NCBI GenBank assembly: GCA_963664405.1
Contig: OY761158.1
Span: forward strand, 3,872,001 to 3,936,000
Length of the DNA: 64,000 nt
Origin: Thermoanaerobaculia bacterium
Lineage (GTDB): Bacteria > Acidobacteriota > Thermoanaerobaculia > Multivoradales > Multivoraceae
Direction: 5' to 3'
The position numbers and the translations under genes are program-made. Of the stretch, positions 40,373 to 50,488 are shown piece after piece. Positions within the stretch are counted from its first letter, which is position 1, and every line of letters starts with the position of its first letter. The notes beneath the pieces are model-generated. The model was not told the origin of the DNA, did not search any database, and saw nothing but the letters and a program-made list of their open reading frames with translations.

Positions 40373-43300
40373 GCCGCTTCTTCTCTCCGCCGCAGCTTCT
40401 CGACCAGCTCGTAGACCACCGGTATGAAGAGCAGGCTCGTCACCGTCGAGCTGAACAAGCCGGCGATGACGGCGATGGCCATCGGCGCGCGAAGCTGGGC
40501 TCCCTCACCAAGGCTGAGCGCCATCGGTGTTAGCGCAAGCATCGTGGTGGCGCTGGTCATCAGAATCGGCCGCACTCTGTCCTGCGTGCCTCGCAGCACC
40601 GCTTCACGAATCGGCATCGAGGCGCGAAGTCGGTTGGTGTGATCGACGAGAATGATGGCGTCGTTCACCGCTATGCCCCCGAGCATGATGATGCCGATGA
40701 AGGCCATGACGCTGAGCGGCTCGCCCAGCGCCCAGAAGGCGACGACCACGCCGGCACCGGCCATTGGAACCGTGAGCATGACGGTGAAGGGATGGAGGAG
40801 CGACTCGAACAAGGACGCCATGACCATGTAGACGAGGATCACCGACAGGCCGAGTGCGAAGCCGAGGCTGGCGAAAGACTCGGCGCGCTCGCGCTCCTCG
40901 CCGCCGATCAAGACTTCATATCCGGGGGGTAGGGTCACTTGCGCGACCAACCCGTCGATCTGGGCAATCGCCTCGCTGAGCACCGCGCCCTCGACGAGAT
41001 AGCCGCTGAGACGACCCATGCGCCGCTGGCCTTCGCGAAGAATCTCGCGCGGACCGTCGACGATCTTTGGGTCGGCGATGTCGCCGAGGGTCAGCTGGGC
41101 TCCATCGGCGTCGATGCGGAGACTGCGAAGCTCCTGCAGCGTGACGTCCTCGAAGCCGACGCGAATGTCGCGCGAGCGCTGATCCTTTGAAAGCTCCCCG
41201 GCGAGCTCGCCGGACAGTCGTCGCTCGAGATCGGCGATCAAGGACTGCGGTGTGAGTCCGAAGGCGGCAATGACGTCGTCTCTGAGGTTGAGATCGACCT
41301 CGGGCTGGCCGCCTTGGAAGCTGGTGGTGACGTTGTAGATGGCCGGAAGCTCCTCCACCAGGACCGCGATCTCGTCGGTCAGCCGGCGCAGCGAGTCGAG
41401 ATCGTCACCGATGACTTCGACCTGTATCGGCGCCGCTCCGGCTCCCAGGACCCCTTGCAGGGCGGTCTCGTGGAGCTCGTAGCTGACCTCGAGGTCGGGA
41501 ATATGAGTGAGCTCTCGATCGACGGCCTCGACGAGCTGCCCGATGCTGCGGCGTCTTCCACTTGCAAGACCGACAGAGAGGTTGGCTCGATTGGGTCCGC
41601 TCGGTTCCCCGACGTTGGAGATGCGAGACGGATCGAGACCGGCGCGCGCGTAGACCGTTCTCACTTCCGCAGAGCCGATCTCCTCGATGATCGATCCGAC
41701 CCTCGCTGCAACGCGATCGGTCATCTCCAGGCGTGAGCCTTCCGGTAGCGCGAGGTCGACGTTGAACAGCCCCTGGTCCTCGCGCGGGATGAACTCGGCC
41801 TCGATCGAGCCGGCGAGCCGGTAGGTCACGGCAGCGATCGCGGCAATCAGGACGAAGACCACGAGCTTGTGGTCGAGCGCGACGGTCAGCAGGGCGAAGA
41901 ACCTGGGGCTCTCTTTGGGCTCCGGGGAGGCGGTGCGGCGACGGAGCAGGCGAGAGGTGAGCATCGGCACGACCGTCATCGCGACCAGGAGTGAGGACAC
42001 CAGCGAGAAGGCGACAGTCCATGCCTGCTCCTTGAAGAGCTCGCCGACCAGACCCTCCACATAGACGATCGGCAAGAAGACCGAGACCGTGGTCAGAGTC
42101 GAAGCGAGAATCGCGACGCCGACCTCCGACGCCCCGATGACCGACGCCTCCCGTGGATCGGCGCCGAGCTCGTAGCGGCGATAGATGTTCTCGATGACGA
42201 CGATGGCGTTGTCGACCAACATTCCCGCGCCTAGCGCCAGCCCACCGAGGGTCATGATGTTGAGGGTCAGACCTTGGAAGTACATGAGCGTGAAAGTGGC
42301 GAGAACCGAGATCGGAATCGCCAGTCCGATCACCAGGGTCACCTTGAGGCTGCGCAGGAAGAGCAGTAGAACCGCGACTGCGAGGACAGCGCCGTAGAGC
42401 GCCGCTTCCTCGACCTCCTGGACCGCTTGTTCGACGAAGCGCGCCTGGTTCTCGACCACGGTGAATTCGACACCCGGTAGGTCGAGCGCCAGCTGCTCGA
42501 GGTCCCTAAGGACAGTCTGAACGACACTGACGGTGCTGGCGTCGGCTTCCTTGTAGACCGCCAGCCCCAAACACTCGACTCCGCCAAGGCGCACGATGGT
42601 CTCGCGCTCGGCGTACTCGAGCACGACGCGCCCGACGTCGGCCACGTAGACCGGAACCCGCAGCGTCTCTTCGTCGGCCGTCTCGGTCCCGCCCGCCGCG
42701 GTACCGACGGCGTCGCCGGCGCGCTCGCCGACGATCAGGTTCTCGACCTCGGTGATGTCGCGGAGGCGCCCAAGGCCCTTGACCTGATAGGACTGGTCGT
42801 CCTGCTCGAGACGACCCCCCGACACATCCTGGTTCGCCTGCTTGATCCGCTCCACCACGGTCGCGGCGGTGAGCCCGAAGGCCTCGAGGAGATACTCGTC
42901 CAGGATGATTCGGATCTCCTTTTCGGCGTCTCCCTCGATCTCCGCCGAGGCGACACCGGTGAGTGCTTCCAGCCTCGGCTTGACCAGAGTGTCGACCGTG
43001 CCAAGAAGCTCGTCGAGGTCGGCTTCACCGGTCGAGGACACCGCAATCCTGGCGACGGGCAGAGCCTGCGGATCCTCCTGGGTCACGTCGATGGTGTCGA
43101 TATCTTCGTCGGTAGCGTAGGTGCCCGTTCGCTTTTGGACGTCGAGCAGAGCGAAGTCCATGTCGGTGTCCCAATCGAGCTCGGCTACCACGACGGTCTG
43201 GCCGGAGCGGGTCATCGAGTAGACCCGATCGACACCACTGACGGTGCTGATATCGCGCTCGAGCCGACGCGTGTAACGTTCTTCCATCTCCTGCGGCGAT

Positions 43301-43461
43301 TTGCCGGCGACCCTGAGATCGACTGTGATCACCGGCGTCTCGACATTGGGGAGCAGATCGGTGCCGAGGCCACCGAGCGAGATCCAGCCGAGCAGGAGGA
43401 TGGCAAGGGTCGCCATCGTGACGGTGACCGGGTAGCGGGTCGAGAGCTCGGGTAACGACAT
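40369..43461 (-). CDS. RND permease (AcrB/MdtB-like)
   Basis: 1030 aa; GMLVDNAIVVIENI, GIAVNDAIILVD, RVRPILMTS. Confidence 0.92.
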   Translation of the reverse strand: MSLPELSTRYPVTVTMATLAILLLGWISLGGLGTDLLPNVETPVITVDLRVAGKSPQEMEERYTRRLERDISTVSGVDRVYSMTRSGQTVVVAELDWDTDMDFALLDVQKRTGTYATDEDIDTIDVTQEDPQALPVARIAVSSTGEADLDELLGTVDTLVKPRLEALTGVASAEIEGDAEKEIRIILDEYLLEAFGLTAATVVERIKQANQDVSGGRLEQDDQSYQVKGLGRLRDITEVENLIVGERAGDAVGTAAGGTETADEETLRVPVYVADVGRVVLEYAERETIVRLGGVECLGLAVYKEADASTVSVVQTVLRDLEQLALDLPGVEFTVVENQARFVEQAVQEVEEAALYGAVLAVAVLLLFLRSLKVTLVIGLAIPISVLATFTLMYFQGLTLNIMTLGGLALGAGMLVDNAIVVIENIYRRYELGADPREASVIGASEVGVAILASTLTTVSVFLPIVYVEGLVGELFKEQAWTVAFSLVSSLLVAMTVVPMLTSRLLRRRTASPEPKESPRFFALLTVALDHKLVVFVLIAAIAAVTYRLAGSIEAEFIPREDQGLFNVDLALPEGSRLEMTDRVAARVGSIIEEIGSAEVRTVYARAGLDPSRISNVGEPSGPNRANLSVGLASGRRRSIGQLVEAVDRELTHIPDLEVSYELHETALQGVLGAGAAPIQVEVIGDDLDSLRRLTDEIAVLVEELPAIYNVTTSFQGGQPEVDLNLRDDVIAAFGLTPQSLIADLERRLSGELAGELSKDQRSRDIRVGFEDVTLQELRSLRIDADGAQLTLGDIADPKIVDGPREILREGQRRMGRLSGYLVEGAVLSEAIAQIDGLVAQVTLPPGYEVLIGGEERERAESFASLGFALGLSVILVYMVMASLFESLLHPFTVMLTVPMAGAGVVVAFWALGEPLSVMAFIGIIMLGGIAVNDAIILVDHTNRLRASMPIREAVLRGTQDRVRPILMTSATTMLALTPMALSLGEGAQLRAPMAIAVIAGLFSSTVTSLLFIPVVYELVEKLRRREEAA

Positions 43462-43491
43462 CTCAGGTCACTCGGAAAGAGTGAAGGGTGG

Positions 43492-44600
43492 TCAGCTCGA
43501 GCTCGGGGGCCCGATCTCGTCGGTAACGCGAACCTGGGTGCGCGAGCGCAGAGTTTCGTAGTTGCTTGCGATCAGGCGCTCCCCTTCGGACAAGCCATCG
43601 ACGACCTCGACTCTGGCCTCGTCTTCCAGGCCGGTCTTGATCCTCCGCTCCTGGGCCACGCCGCCTTCCTCGACGAAGACGATGTCGCGACCGCCGCGAG
43701 AGAGGATCAGCTGTCGCGAAATCACCAGCACGTCCTGGCGTTGATCGACGACGATGTCGGCCTTGACGAACATGCCGGGGCGAAGGATCAGATCGGGATT
43801 GTCGACGGTGACCTCGATCCGGAAGGTCCGTGTCGTCGGATCGATCGTCGGATCGATCACCGCGATCCGTCCCGAGAAGAGAAGATCGCGGAAGGCGTAG
43901 TTGGTGACTCGGACCTCCTGGCCGATCGCGATCAGCGTCATCTGCGAGTTGGGGATCTTCAGATCCACCACGACACCACCGTAGTCGCTGACCTGCCCGA
44001 TCACCGTGTTCGCCTCGACGACAGTCTCCTCGGCGGTGTCGACCAGGCCGGTCAGGTAGCCCGTCAGCGGAGCGAGGACGTTCATCTTCCCGAGCTGAAT
44101 ATTGGCGTCGGTGATGTCGGCCTTGGCGTCGGCGACGATTTTCAGCGCCGACTGAACATCGGAGCGAAGGGCGATCCCGTCTTCGAAGAGCAGCTGTTGC
44201 TCCGCGAGGCTGTCCAGCCCGTCCTGGAGGGCGATCTCGAGCGACTCGAGACGGATCGAGTTGGTGTACTCATCGCTCTCGATCCTTGCGATCTGCTGGC
44301 CGGCCTTGACCCGCGTGCCCTCCACCGGCTTCCGCCCCCGAGTCCAGACGTTGCGAAGGTTTGCACCCGAGGACCAGGGACGTAGTGGAGCTCGCCGCGA
44401 ACCTCTACCAGGATGTCGGCCGCCCGGTTGGCTCGCAGGCTTCCAGTGGTCGAAACGAAGGACTCGATCGTCCCGATCGTGACCGGCTGCACCGTCACCG
44501 GAACGACCAGGTCGACGACGCTCTCCACCGGCTCTTCGCGGCAGCCGGCCAGCGCGACCGCGGTCACCAAAAGAACTGCCGTTAAGCTCCTGAGTGTCAT
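43492..44600 (-). CDS. RND periplasmic adaptor lipoprotein (frameshifted near 44340-44385)
   Basis: N-part (ATG 44600, LAGC lipobox, VPVTV..TTGSL) is in one frame; the C-part (GTRVKAGQ, APLTG, IDPTTRTF, LRPGMF) is in another. Confidence 0.8.
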
Positions 44601-44765
44601 TTCCGTTCACTTTCCAGGGATCGCAGCGACCTTTTTACAACGCTGGAGCCCCTTGGCGGCCCCAATTCGGGAGGTCTTACAAAAACTTTACCTGGATACT
44701 CTGGATGACCGAGGCTCTTCCGCGCAAGACTATTCTTAGGGCGTTATCCTTTTTCGAGAGAGTCC

Positions 44766-45668
44766 ATGGACATACAGATCTCTTCGCTGACCAAGGTCTA
44801 CCGAGAGGGAGCGCCGCCGGCACTGGACGACCTCAGCCTGCGGATCCGTAGCGGAACCTTCGGTCTTCTCGGGCCCAACGGCGCCGGCAAGACCACCCTG
44901 ATCAAGATCCTGTCGACGCAGATGAAGGCCAGTGCCGGCGCCGTTGTGATCGACGGCTTGCGCATCGACGTCGAGCGAGCTCAGGTCCGTGATCGCCTCG
45001 GTTATCTGCCGCAGCACTTCGGTGCCTACCCCAAGCTCACCGCCTTCGAGTTTCTCGACTACATGGGGCGGCTCGCCGATCTCCACCCCAGGAAGAAGCG
45101 CAGGGAAGCCGTTGAACAGGCGCTCGAAGCCGTCGGTCTGGCCTCGGTGCGCGACAGACGAACCGGCACCTTCTCCGGCGGCATGACGCGGCGCCTCGGC
45201 ATCGCCCAGGCCATCCTCTCCGATCCTCCCTTCCTGATCGTCGACGAGCCCACCACCGGGCTCGACCCCGAGGAGCGGATTCGCTTCCGCAAGATTCTCG
45301 GGCGCTTGAGCCGCGACCGCACCATTCTGATCTCGACCCACATCGTCGGCGATATCTCGAGCACATGCGAGGAGATCGCTCTTCTCGATCGCGGCCACCT
45401 GTTGTTTAGTGGCCCGCCCGAGGAGCTCGTTCGCCATGCCGAGAACAAGACCTGGAAGGTCGAGATCGACGATGCCGGATTTGCCGAGCTAAGCCGCCTC
45501 TGGCACGTCGTATCGGTCACCCCGGAAGGCGACGGGCTGACGGTTCGGGTCGTCGGCGACGACACTCCGCCCCCTGGCGCCGTACCCCTTTCGCCCAATC
45601 TCGAAGACGCCTACGTCTATTTCATGGCGATCGAGGGACAGGCTCCCCAATCCCATGGCAGTGGGTGA
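44766..45668 (+). CDS. ABC transporter ATP-binding protein (ABC-2 type)
   Basis: GPNGAGKTT, FSGGMTRR, IVDEPTTGLDP, STH, PNLEDAY. Confidence 0.95.
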   Translation: MDIQISSLTKVYREGAPPALDDLSLRIRSGTFGLLGPNGAGKTTLIKILSTQMKASAGAVVIDGLRIDVERAQVRDRLGYLPQHFGAYPKLTAFEFLDYMGRLADLHPRKKRREAVEQALEAVGLASVRDRRTGTFSGGMTRRLGIAQAILSDPPFLIVDEPTTGLDPEERIRFRKILGRLSRDRTILISTHIVGDISSTCEEIALLDRGHLLFSGPPEELVRHAENKTWKVEIDDAGFAELSRLWHVVSVTPEGDGLTVRVVGDDTPPPGAVPLSPNLEDAYVYFMAIEGQAPQSHGSG

Positions 45669-48600
45669 TGAGAGCGCTGCGCAACATCGCCGGTGTCGCC
45701 CGCTACGAGCGCATCATGCTGATGCGAACCACTCGTTTCCGCGCTCTCGGGGTTGTAGGGATCGCTTTTCCTGTCGTCTTCGGGATCGCTCTCGCGATTG
45801 CGGAGTCACGCGGTGGAATCGGCGAGCTTCCCTCGGCCCTGGGCCTCGATGCCTTCGTTCCTTTCTACCTGTACACCTACGTCCAGTCGGTGGTCATCGC
45901 CTTCGTGGCCGGCGGCTTTCGTGCCGCCGACGAGCAGGCCCAGGTCGAGGAGGTCATCGCTGCGCGCCCGCTGTCGACCGCCGAGCTGGTGATCGGGAAG
46001 TACCTGGGGGTGGTGCAGTCTCTGACCCTTCTCAGTCTCAGCGTCATCGGCCTGACCCTGGCGATCCAGGCTGCCAAGCTCAGCCTCACCGGAACGCCCT
46101 TCCTGCTGGCGCCGTACCTCGCCTACTTCTTCCTGATGACGCTCCCGGCGCTCATCTTCATGTCGGCGCTGGTGTTCTGCCTGGGCGCGGTGCTCAAGAA
46201 TCGCACGGCGGTCGCGCTGGTCTCGATCGCTTACGTGCTCGCCGTCCTCTTCTTTCTCGGCACCCGTTACGGCGGCATCTTCGACTTTGGTGCTTTCTTC
46301 GCGCCGCTGGTGTATTCCGACCTGCTCGGGCTCGGCGATATCACCCGGGTCATCGAGATCCGAATCTTCTATCTGGCCTTGGCCGCCGCTCTGCTCGGGT
46401 TCGCGGTGATCGCTTACCCGCGGCTACCGCAATCGGGTCTCTTCGGACGAATGGGTCCTGTTGCGGCGGCGGGAGGTCTGGCCGTGGCCGTCGGTGTGTT
46501 CGTCACCATGGCGCGCCACGACGCCGCGGTAAACGACTACCGGAGCGATCTCTTCGCGACCCAGATCCAACACGGCGACCTCCCGGTACCTTCCGTCGTG
46601 CACTACGACATCGACGTCGACATTCTGGAGGGCGGGGTGCCGCTGAGGGCCCGGGTCGCGATGCAGCTCGTCAACGAGAACGACATCGCCATCGACCCGC
46701 TGATCTTCACTCTCAACCCGGGACTCCTTCTCACCGGGGTGTCAGGCGCGGGGGGGAACGACCTGCCTTTCGAGGTCGACGGCTCGGTGGTGCGAGTGGG
46801 CTTGCCGATGGCGCCGGGCGCGGAGGCCTCGCTCTCGATGTCGTACTGCGGGGACATCGACCGCGACGCTTTCGATCTCCTACGTCGGGTAGCGCGGCTC
46901 GAGAAGCGGACCGGCCCGATCCACAAAGGTGACTTGACGGCGTGGATCCGTGACGAGTCGGTCTTTCTACCGCCGCGCAGCCGCTGGTATCCGGTGCCGG
47001 GCGTCGACTACGGTAACGACGAGGGACGTCCGGTTTTCTTCTACACCGCTCAAATCACCGTCGAGGTGCCAGGCGGATTGGAGGTCGTAACGCAAGGGGT
47101 GCCAAGCGTCGGAGTGTCTCGTGGCGCCGAGGTCGGGGAGCGCGGTCGATCGGTGTGGACCGTTGACACGCCCGTGCCCCAGCTCTCCCTCAACGTCGGC
47201 CGCTACGAGGTGCTCGAGGCCGAGGCAGGTGACACGACAGTTGCCCTCTACGTGCATCCCTCGCATCTGGCGCAGGTGATGGGCTTCGAGGACGCCACCG
47301 AGGAGGTCCTGTCGCTGGTCGAGCAGATGCTCCGGGCGATGGCGCAAGAGACCGGGCTGCCCTACCCCTACCCGCGTTTGTCGGTCGTCGAGATCCCGTT
47401 CCTCGTGCAGTGGTACTACGAAGGATGGGAGGAGAACGGAGGCCTGACCCAGCCCGGCATTCTGATGCTCGAAGAGGACGTGCTCGTCCAGCGCGCTCAG
47501 GGCATGGCGCGCTTGGCGAATCGGATACTGAGCTCCGAGCTCGGCCGTAACCAAGAGCCGGCATCGATCAAACGTAACCTGCTTGCCAATACGATCTTCA
47601 GCGTGTTTCTCGCCAGCGAAGGCCAAAGCAGCGGTTTGTTTCGCTCACCCCTGGTGCAGCTCTGGTCGTTCAACCGCCGCTTCGGGGGCGACAACTCTCC
47701 GCTGATAGCGCGGGGAATGCCTGTGTATCTGCAGGAAGACAAAGCAGAAGACATTCGTATCGCGATGTTTCAGCGCGGTCGCGGTGGCTCACGCGGCGCC
47801 GGAGGAGGCTTCGGGGGTCGCGGCGGCGACCGCTCTGGTGGTGGCAGGGGGCCTGGCCAGTTCCGGGGTGGTCCTGGCGGCCCCGGCGGGCGTCGCAAGC
47901 TCGGCGAGGACGCGACCTGGGACGAGATGCTTGCGGCGATGCAGCAGAGCTCGCTGGCCGAGATGGACCCGGAGGCCGACCCCGATCTTTACCGCTCGGT
48001 CCTCGATGTCAGGGGCATCACGCTCTTTCGGATGATCGAGGCTGTTGTGGGGGACGACCGGTTTACCAACGCCCTCGAGGCCTTCGGCGAGGCCTCCGAA
48101 TTCGGCGAGGTCACTCTCGACGCTTTCGAGCAAGCGATGCTCCCAGAAGGCGCCGACGAGGATGAGATGAGTCGCGAGAGCCTCGATCGACTGATCGGTG
48201 ATTGGCTCTACGGCAGCTACGTTCCTGGCTACACCCTGACCCGCACCGAGGCCAAGAAGGTCGAAGACGGGTGGGGCGCTGTTGTCTACCAGGTCATGGT
48301 TCGCATCCGTAATGGCGAGCCGGGGCGCGGTTTTGTTCAGGTCGAGCTCAGCGGCCGCGGCGACCAGATCACGAAGAACGTCGAGATCGACGGGGGGCAG
48401 GAGGTGGAGGTCTCGATGATCATTAGCACGCGGCCCTCGTTCGTCACGGTCGAGCCCTTCCTGGCCAAGAATCGGCGTGCGCTGCGCTCGCCTCTACGCA
48501 TACCCGAAGAGGTCGAAGCCGGGTCGCCCGAGGAGTATGTTCGGGTGGTGACCGGGGAAGAGGCCGCTTCGACCGAGATCATCGTCGACAACGAGGACGA

Positions 48601-49162
48601 CGGCTTCTCGATGCCGGTGCGCCGTGTGCAGCGTTATCTGCGCCCGGAGCTCGAAGGGGGCAACTGGAACGTGCTCGAGCACCGCTACGCGTTCGGACGC
48701 TACGAGACCAATTTCAGATCCAAGTCGGGTGCCGACGGTGCGCAGCCGGCGCAATGGGCGGCGACGATCCCGCATAGCGGGTACTACGACGTTGCTTACT
48801 ACTTCCTGCCTCGACGCATCAATGGCAGGCCGGTGTTCTTCGGCGCCGCTGATACTTATCGCTTCACCATCTCCCATGGTGGAGAACGAACCGAGATGGC
48901 GGTCCAGACCGATCGGCTCCAGCCCGGTTGGAACCAGCTCGGCCGCCTCATCTTCGAGGCTGGCCAAGAAGCTACCGTCGAGCTAGCAGATCTCGGTGAT
49001 GGCCGAATCTACGCAGACGCTGTGCGCTGGCGCTATATCGACCCCGAGAGCCCCAACGCCGTCTATGACGAGGGTCTTTCGCCTTGGGAGTCAGGCGGGC
49101 CTGGTGGTTTCGGTGGTCGCGGCGGTCCAGGGGGCGGGGGTGGTGGTAGGCGCGGCGACTAG
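45665..49162 (+). CDS. ABC-2 permease fused to an inactive M1-aminopeptidase-like domain and a Golvesin/Xly CBD-like domain
   Basis: N-terminal TM bundle with RPLSTAELVIGKYLG; M1-like YDIDVD, PYPYPRLSVVE, LFRMIEAVVGDDRF and DWLYG but no HEXXH; C-terminal IIVDNED...GWNQLG...ADAVRW. Confidence 0.75.
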   Translation: MMRALRNIAGVARYERIMLMRTTRFRALGVVGIAFPVVFGIALAIAESRGGIGELPSALGLDAFVPFYLYTYVQSVVIAFVAGGFRAADEQAQVEEVIAARPLSTAELVIGKYLGVVQSLTLLSLSVIGLTLAIQAAKLSLTGTPFLLAPYLAYFFLMTLPALIFMSALVFCLGAVLKNRTAVALVSIAYVLAVLFFLGTRYGGIFDFGAFFAPLVYSDLLGLGDITRVIEIRIFYLALAAALLGFAVIAYPRLPQSGLFGRMGPVAAAGGLAVAVGVFVTMARHDAAVNDYRSDLFATQIQHGDLPVPSVVHYDIDVDILEGGVPLRARVAMQLVNENDIAIDPLIFTLNPGLLLTGVSGAGGNDLPFEVDGSVVRVGLPMAPGAEASLSMSYCGDIDRDAFDLLRRVARLEKRTGPIHKGDLTAWIRDESVFLPPRSRWYPVPGVDYGNDEGRPVFFYTAQITVEVPGGLEVVTQGVPSVGVSRGAEVGERGRSVWTVDTPVPQLSLNVGRYEVLEAEAGDTTVALYVHPSHLAQVMGFEDATEEVLSLVEQMLRAMAQETGLPYPYPRLSVVEIPFLVQWYYEGWEENGGLTQPGILMLEEDVLVQRAQGMARLANRILSSELGRNQEPASIKRNLLANTIFSVFLASEGQSSGLFRSPLVQLWSFNRRFGGDNSPLIARGMPVYLQEDKAEDIRIAMFQRGRGGSRGAGGGFGGRGGDRSGGGRGPGQFRGGPGGPGGRRKLGEDATWDEMLAAMQQSSLAEMDPEADPDLYRSVLDVRGITLFRMIEAVVGDDRFTNALEAFGEASEFGEVTLDAFEQAMLPEGADEDEMSRESLDRLIGDWLYGSYVPGYTLTRTEAKKVEDGWGAVVYQVMVRIRNGEPGRGFVQVELSGRGDQITKNVEIDGGQEVEVSMIISTRPSFVTVEPFLAKNRRALRSPLRIPEEVEAGSPEEYVRVVTGEEAASTEIIVDNEDDGFSMPVRRVQRYLRPELEGGNWNVLEHRYAFGRYETNFRSKSGADGAQPAQWAATIPHSGYYDVAYYFLPRRINGRPVFFGAADTYRFTISHGGERTEMAVQTDRLQPGWNQLGRLIFEAGQEATVELADLGDGRIYADAVRWRYIDPESPNAVYDEGLSPWESGGPGGFGGRGGPGGGGGGRRGD

Positions 49163-49325
49163 TACACGCGACCATAAATACGGACACGTTTGGAGCGACG
49201 CTGCATCCTCTCCAGCAGCGTTGCGTTCCTTGCGGCGTACTGCCAGGTACGCCTCAGTCACGCGCCTTGCTGGCGAGGCGCTTCGTCGCTCGAAACGTAC
49301 CCGTACTTATGGCCGCATGTACTAG
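49159..49325. mobile_element. MITE-like element family C
   Basis: About 42-bp imperfect TIR: CTAGTACACGCGACCATAAATACGGACACGTTTGGAGCGACG vs reverse complement of the right end CTAGTACATGCGGCCATAAGTACGGGTACGTTTCGAGCGACG; the left CTAG is the stop of 45665-49162. Confidence 0.8.
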
Positions 49326-49405
49326 CCACCCAACAAGCGATCAGCGCGTTGCCGGAGAGTCGCAATCTCTTCGTTGTTCATTGGAGTAGAGCGCGGCGCG
49401 AACAC

Positions 49406-50488
49406 CTATTGCATGAGCGGGCTGTCGTCTCCCCAGGGTTTGATCTGATGGGCGTAGACCGTCGGTCCGTTTCGGAAGTGCGAGGCCTCTTGGAGGGTCT
49501 CGACAAAGGGCATGTCCCGCGGGTAGAGCCTTTCGCCTCGCGGCCGCGGTCCGGCCTTGGAGACGTGGCCCCAGAGTGGGTGTCCGACGACTTCCTCCGC
49601 GATTGCGGCGGCTTCGATCAGCTTGTCCAGGTCTAGACCCGTCTCGACACCCATTTCTTCGCACAGGTAAACAAAGTCTTCGGTTGGAACGTGCCCAGCG
49701 CTTCTGCCATTGCCGCAGTAGGGGCAGCCACCCAAACCGCCGAGAGAAGTGTCGAATCGGGTGACCCCGAACTTGAGGGCCTCGTAGTAGCAGATATTGG
49801 TGACGCCTCTTTGGTTGTGCAGATGAAGACCCAGATCGGAGATCTCGGGCCACCTCTCCGTAATCGCTGACAGCATTTCTATGAGCCGGTCGGGCATGCA
49901 GGCGCCCATGTCGTCGACAATCCTCAGAGATCTGACCGTCAGGTCTCGTTCATGCCAGTGGGCGATCGCCTCGTCGAGTACGCCCAGGGACTGCTCGAGA
50001 GTGGCCTCGCCCTCGAAGTTGGAGCCGAAGGGGTTGCCCAAGGTAATTCCGCCGGCCTCGGCGCCAGCCAGTTTGGCGCGCTCGATGGTGGCGTCGCCTT
50101 GTTGCAACAATTGCTCGGGCGTCCGATTGTAGTTGCGCATCGGGAAGACTCTGCCTACTTCGACGTGGGTTAGGTATCCGCCGGTTTCGACCTTGATCTT
50201 GGGGTAGTACTTCTGCGCTCGCTCCAGGCCGCGTTGGTTGAAGACGGCTGCGGTATAGGTGACGCCCGGCTTGGGCACGAAGCGCTCGGCGATCTCGTCG
50301 ATACAGGCCATCTGGGGAGTCCACTTCGGGCTGACAAAAGAACCGATCGAGATGATCTCGAGCCCGGTATCTCCAAGCGCATCGAGGAGTCTCAGCTTCT
50401 CGTCGACCGAGATGTCCTTGCTTTCGATCTGCAGGCCTTCCCGCATCGTGTCGTCTCTCACCTCTACCGACTTGGGCAAGCGGAACAT
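49406..50488 (-). CDS. HMG-CoA lyase-like DRE-TIM metallolyase
   Basis: DTMREGLQ, GSFVSPKWTPQM, LHLHN, GGLGGCPY, GHVPTED. Confidence 0.88.
   Translation of the reverse strand: MFRLPKSVEVRDDTMREGLQIESKDISVDEKLRLLDALGDTGLEIISIGSFVSPKWTPQMACIDEIAERFVPKPGVTYTAAVFNQRGLERAQKYYPKIKVETGGYLTHVEVGRVFPMRNYNRTPEQLLQQGDATIERAKLAGAEAGGITLGNPFGSNFEGEATLEQSLGVLDEAIAHWHERDLTVRSLRIVDDMGACMPDRLIEMLSAITERWPEISDLGLHLHNQRGVTNICYYEALKFGVTRFDTSLGGLGGCPYCGNGRSAGHVPTEDFVYLCEEMGVETGLDLDKLIEAAAIAEEVVGHPLWGHVSKAGPRPRGERLYPRDMPFVETLQEASHFRNGPTVYAHQIKPWGDDSPLMQ

Noticed and set aside
40369-43461. Loss of proton coupling in the RND subunits (DN in TM4, no TM10 Lys)
   Set aside because: These variants occur in many ordinary RND subfamilies, so they do not show ATP dependence.
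34762-49325. Composite transposon carrying the RND-ABC locus between two MITEs
   Set aside because: The flanking elements are from different families with unrelated ends, and such elements are frequent across the window.
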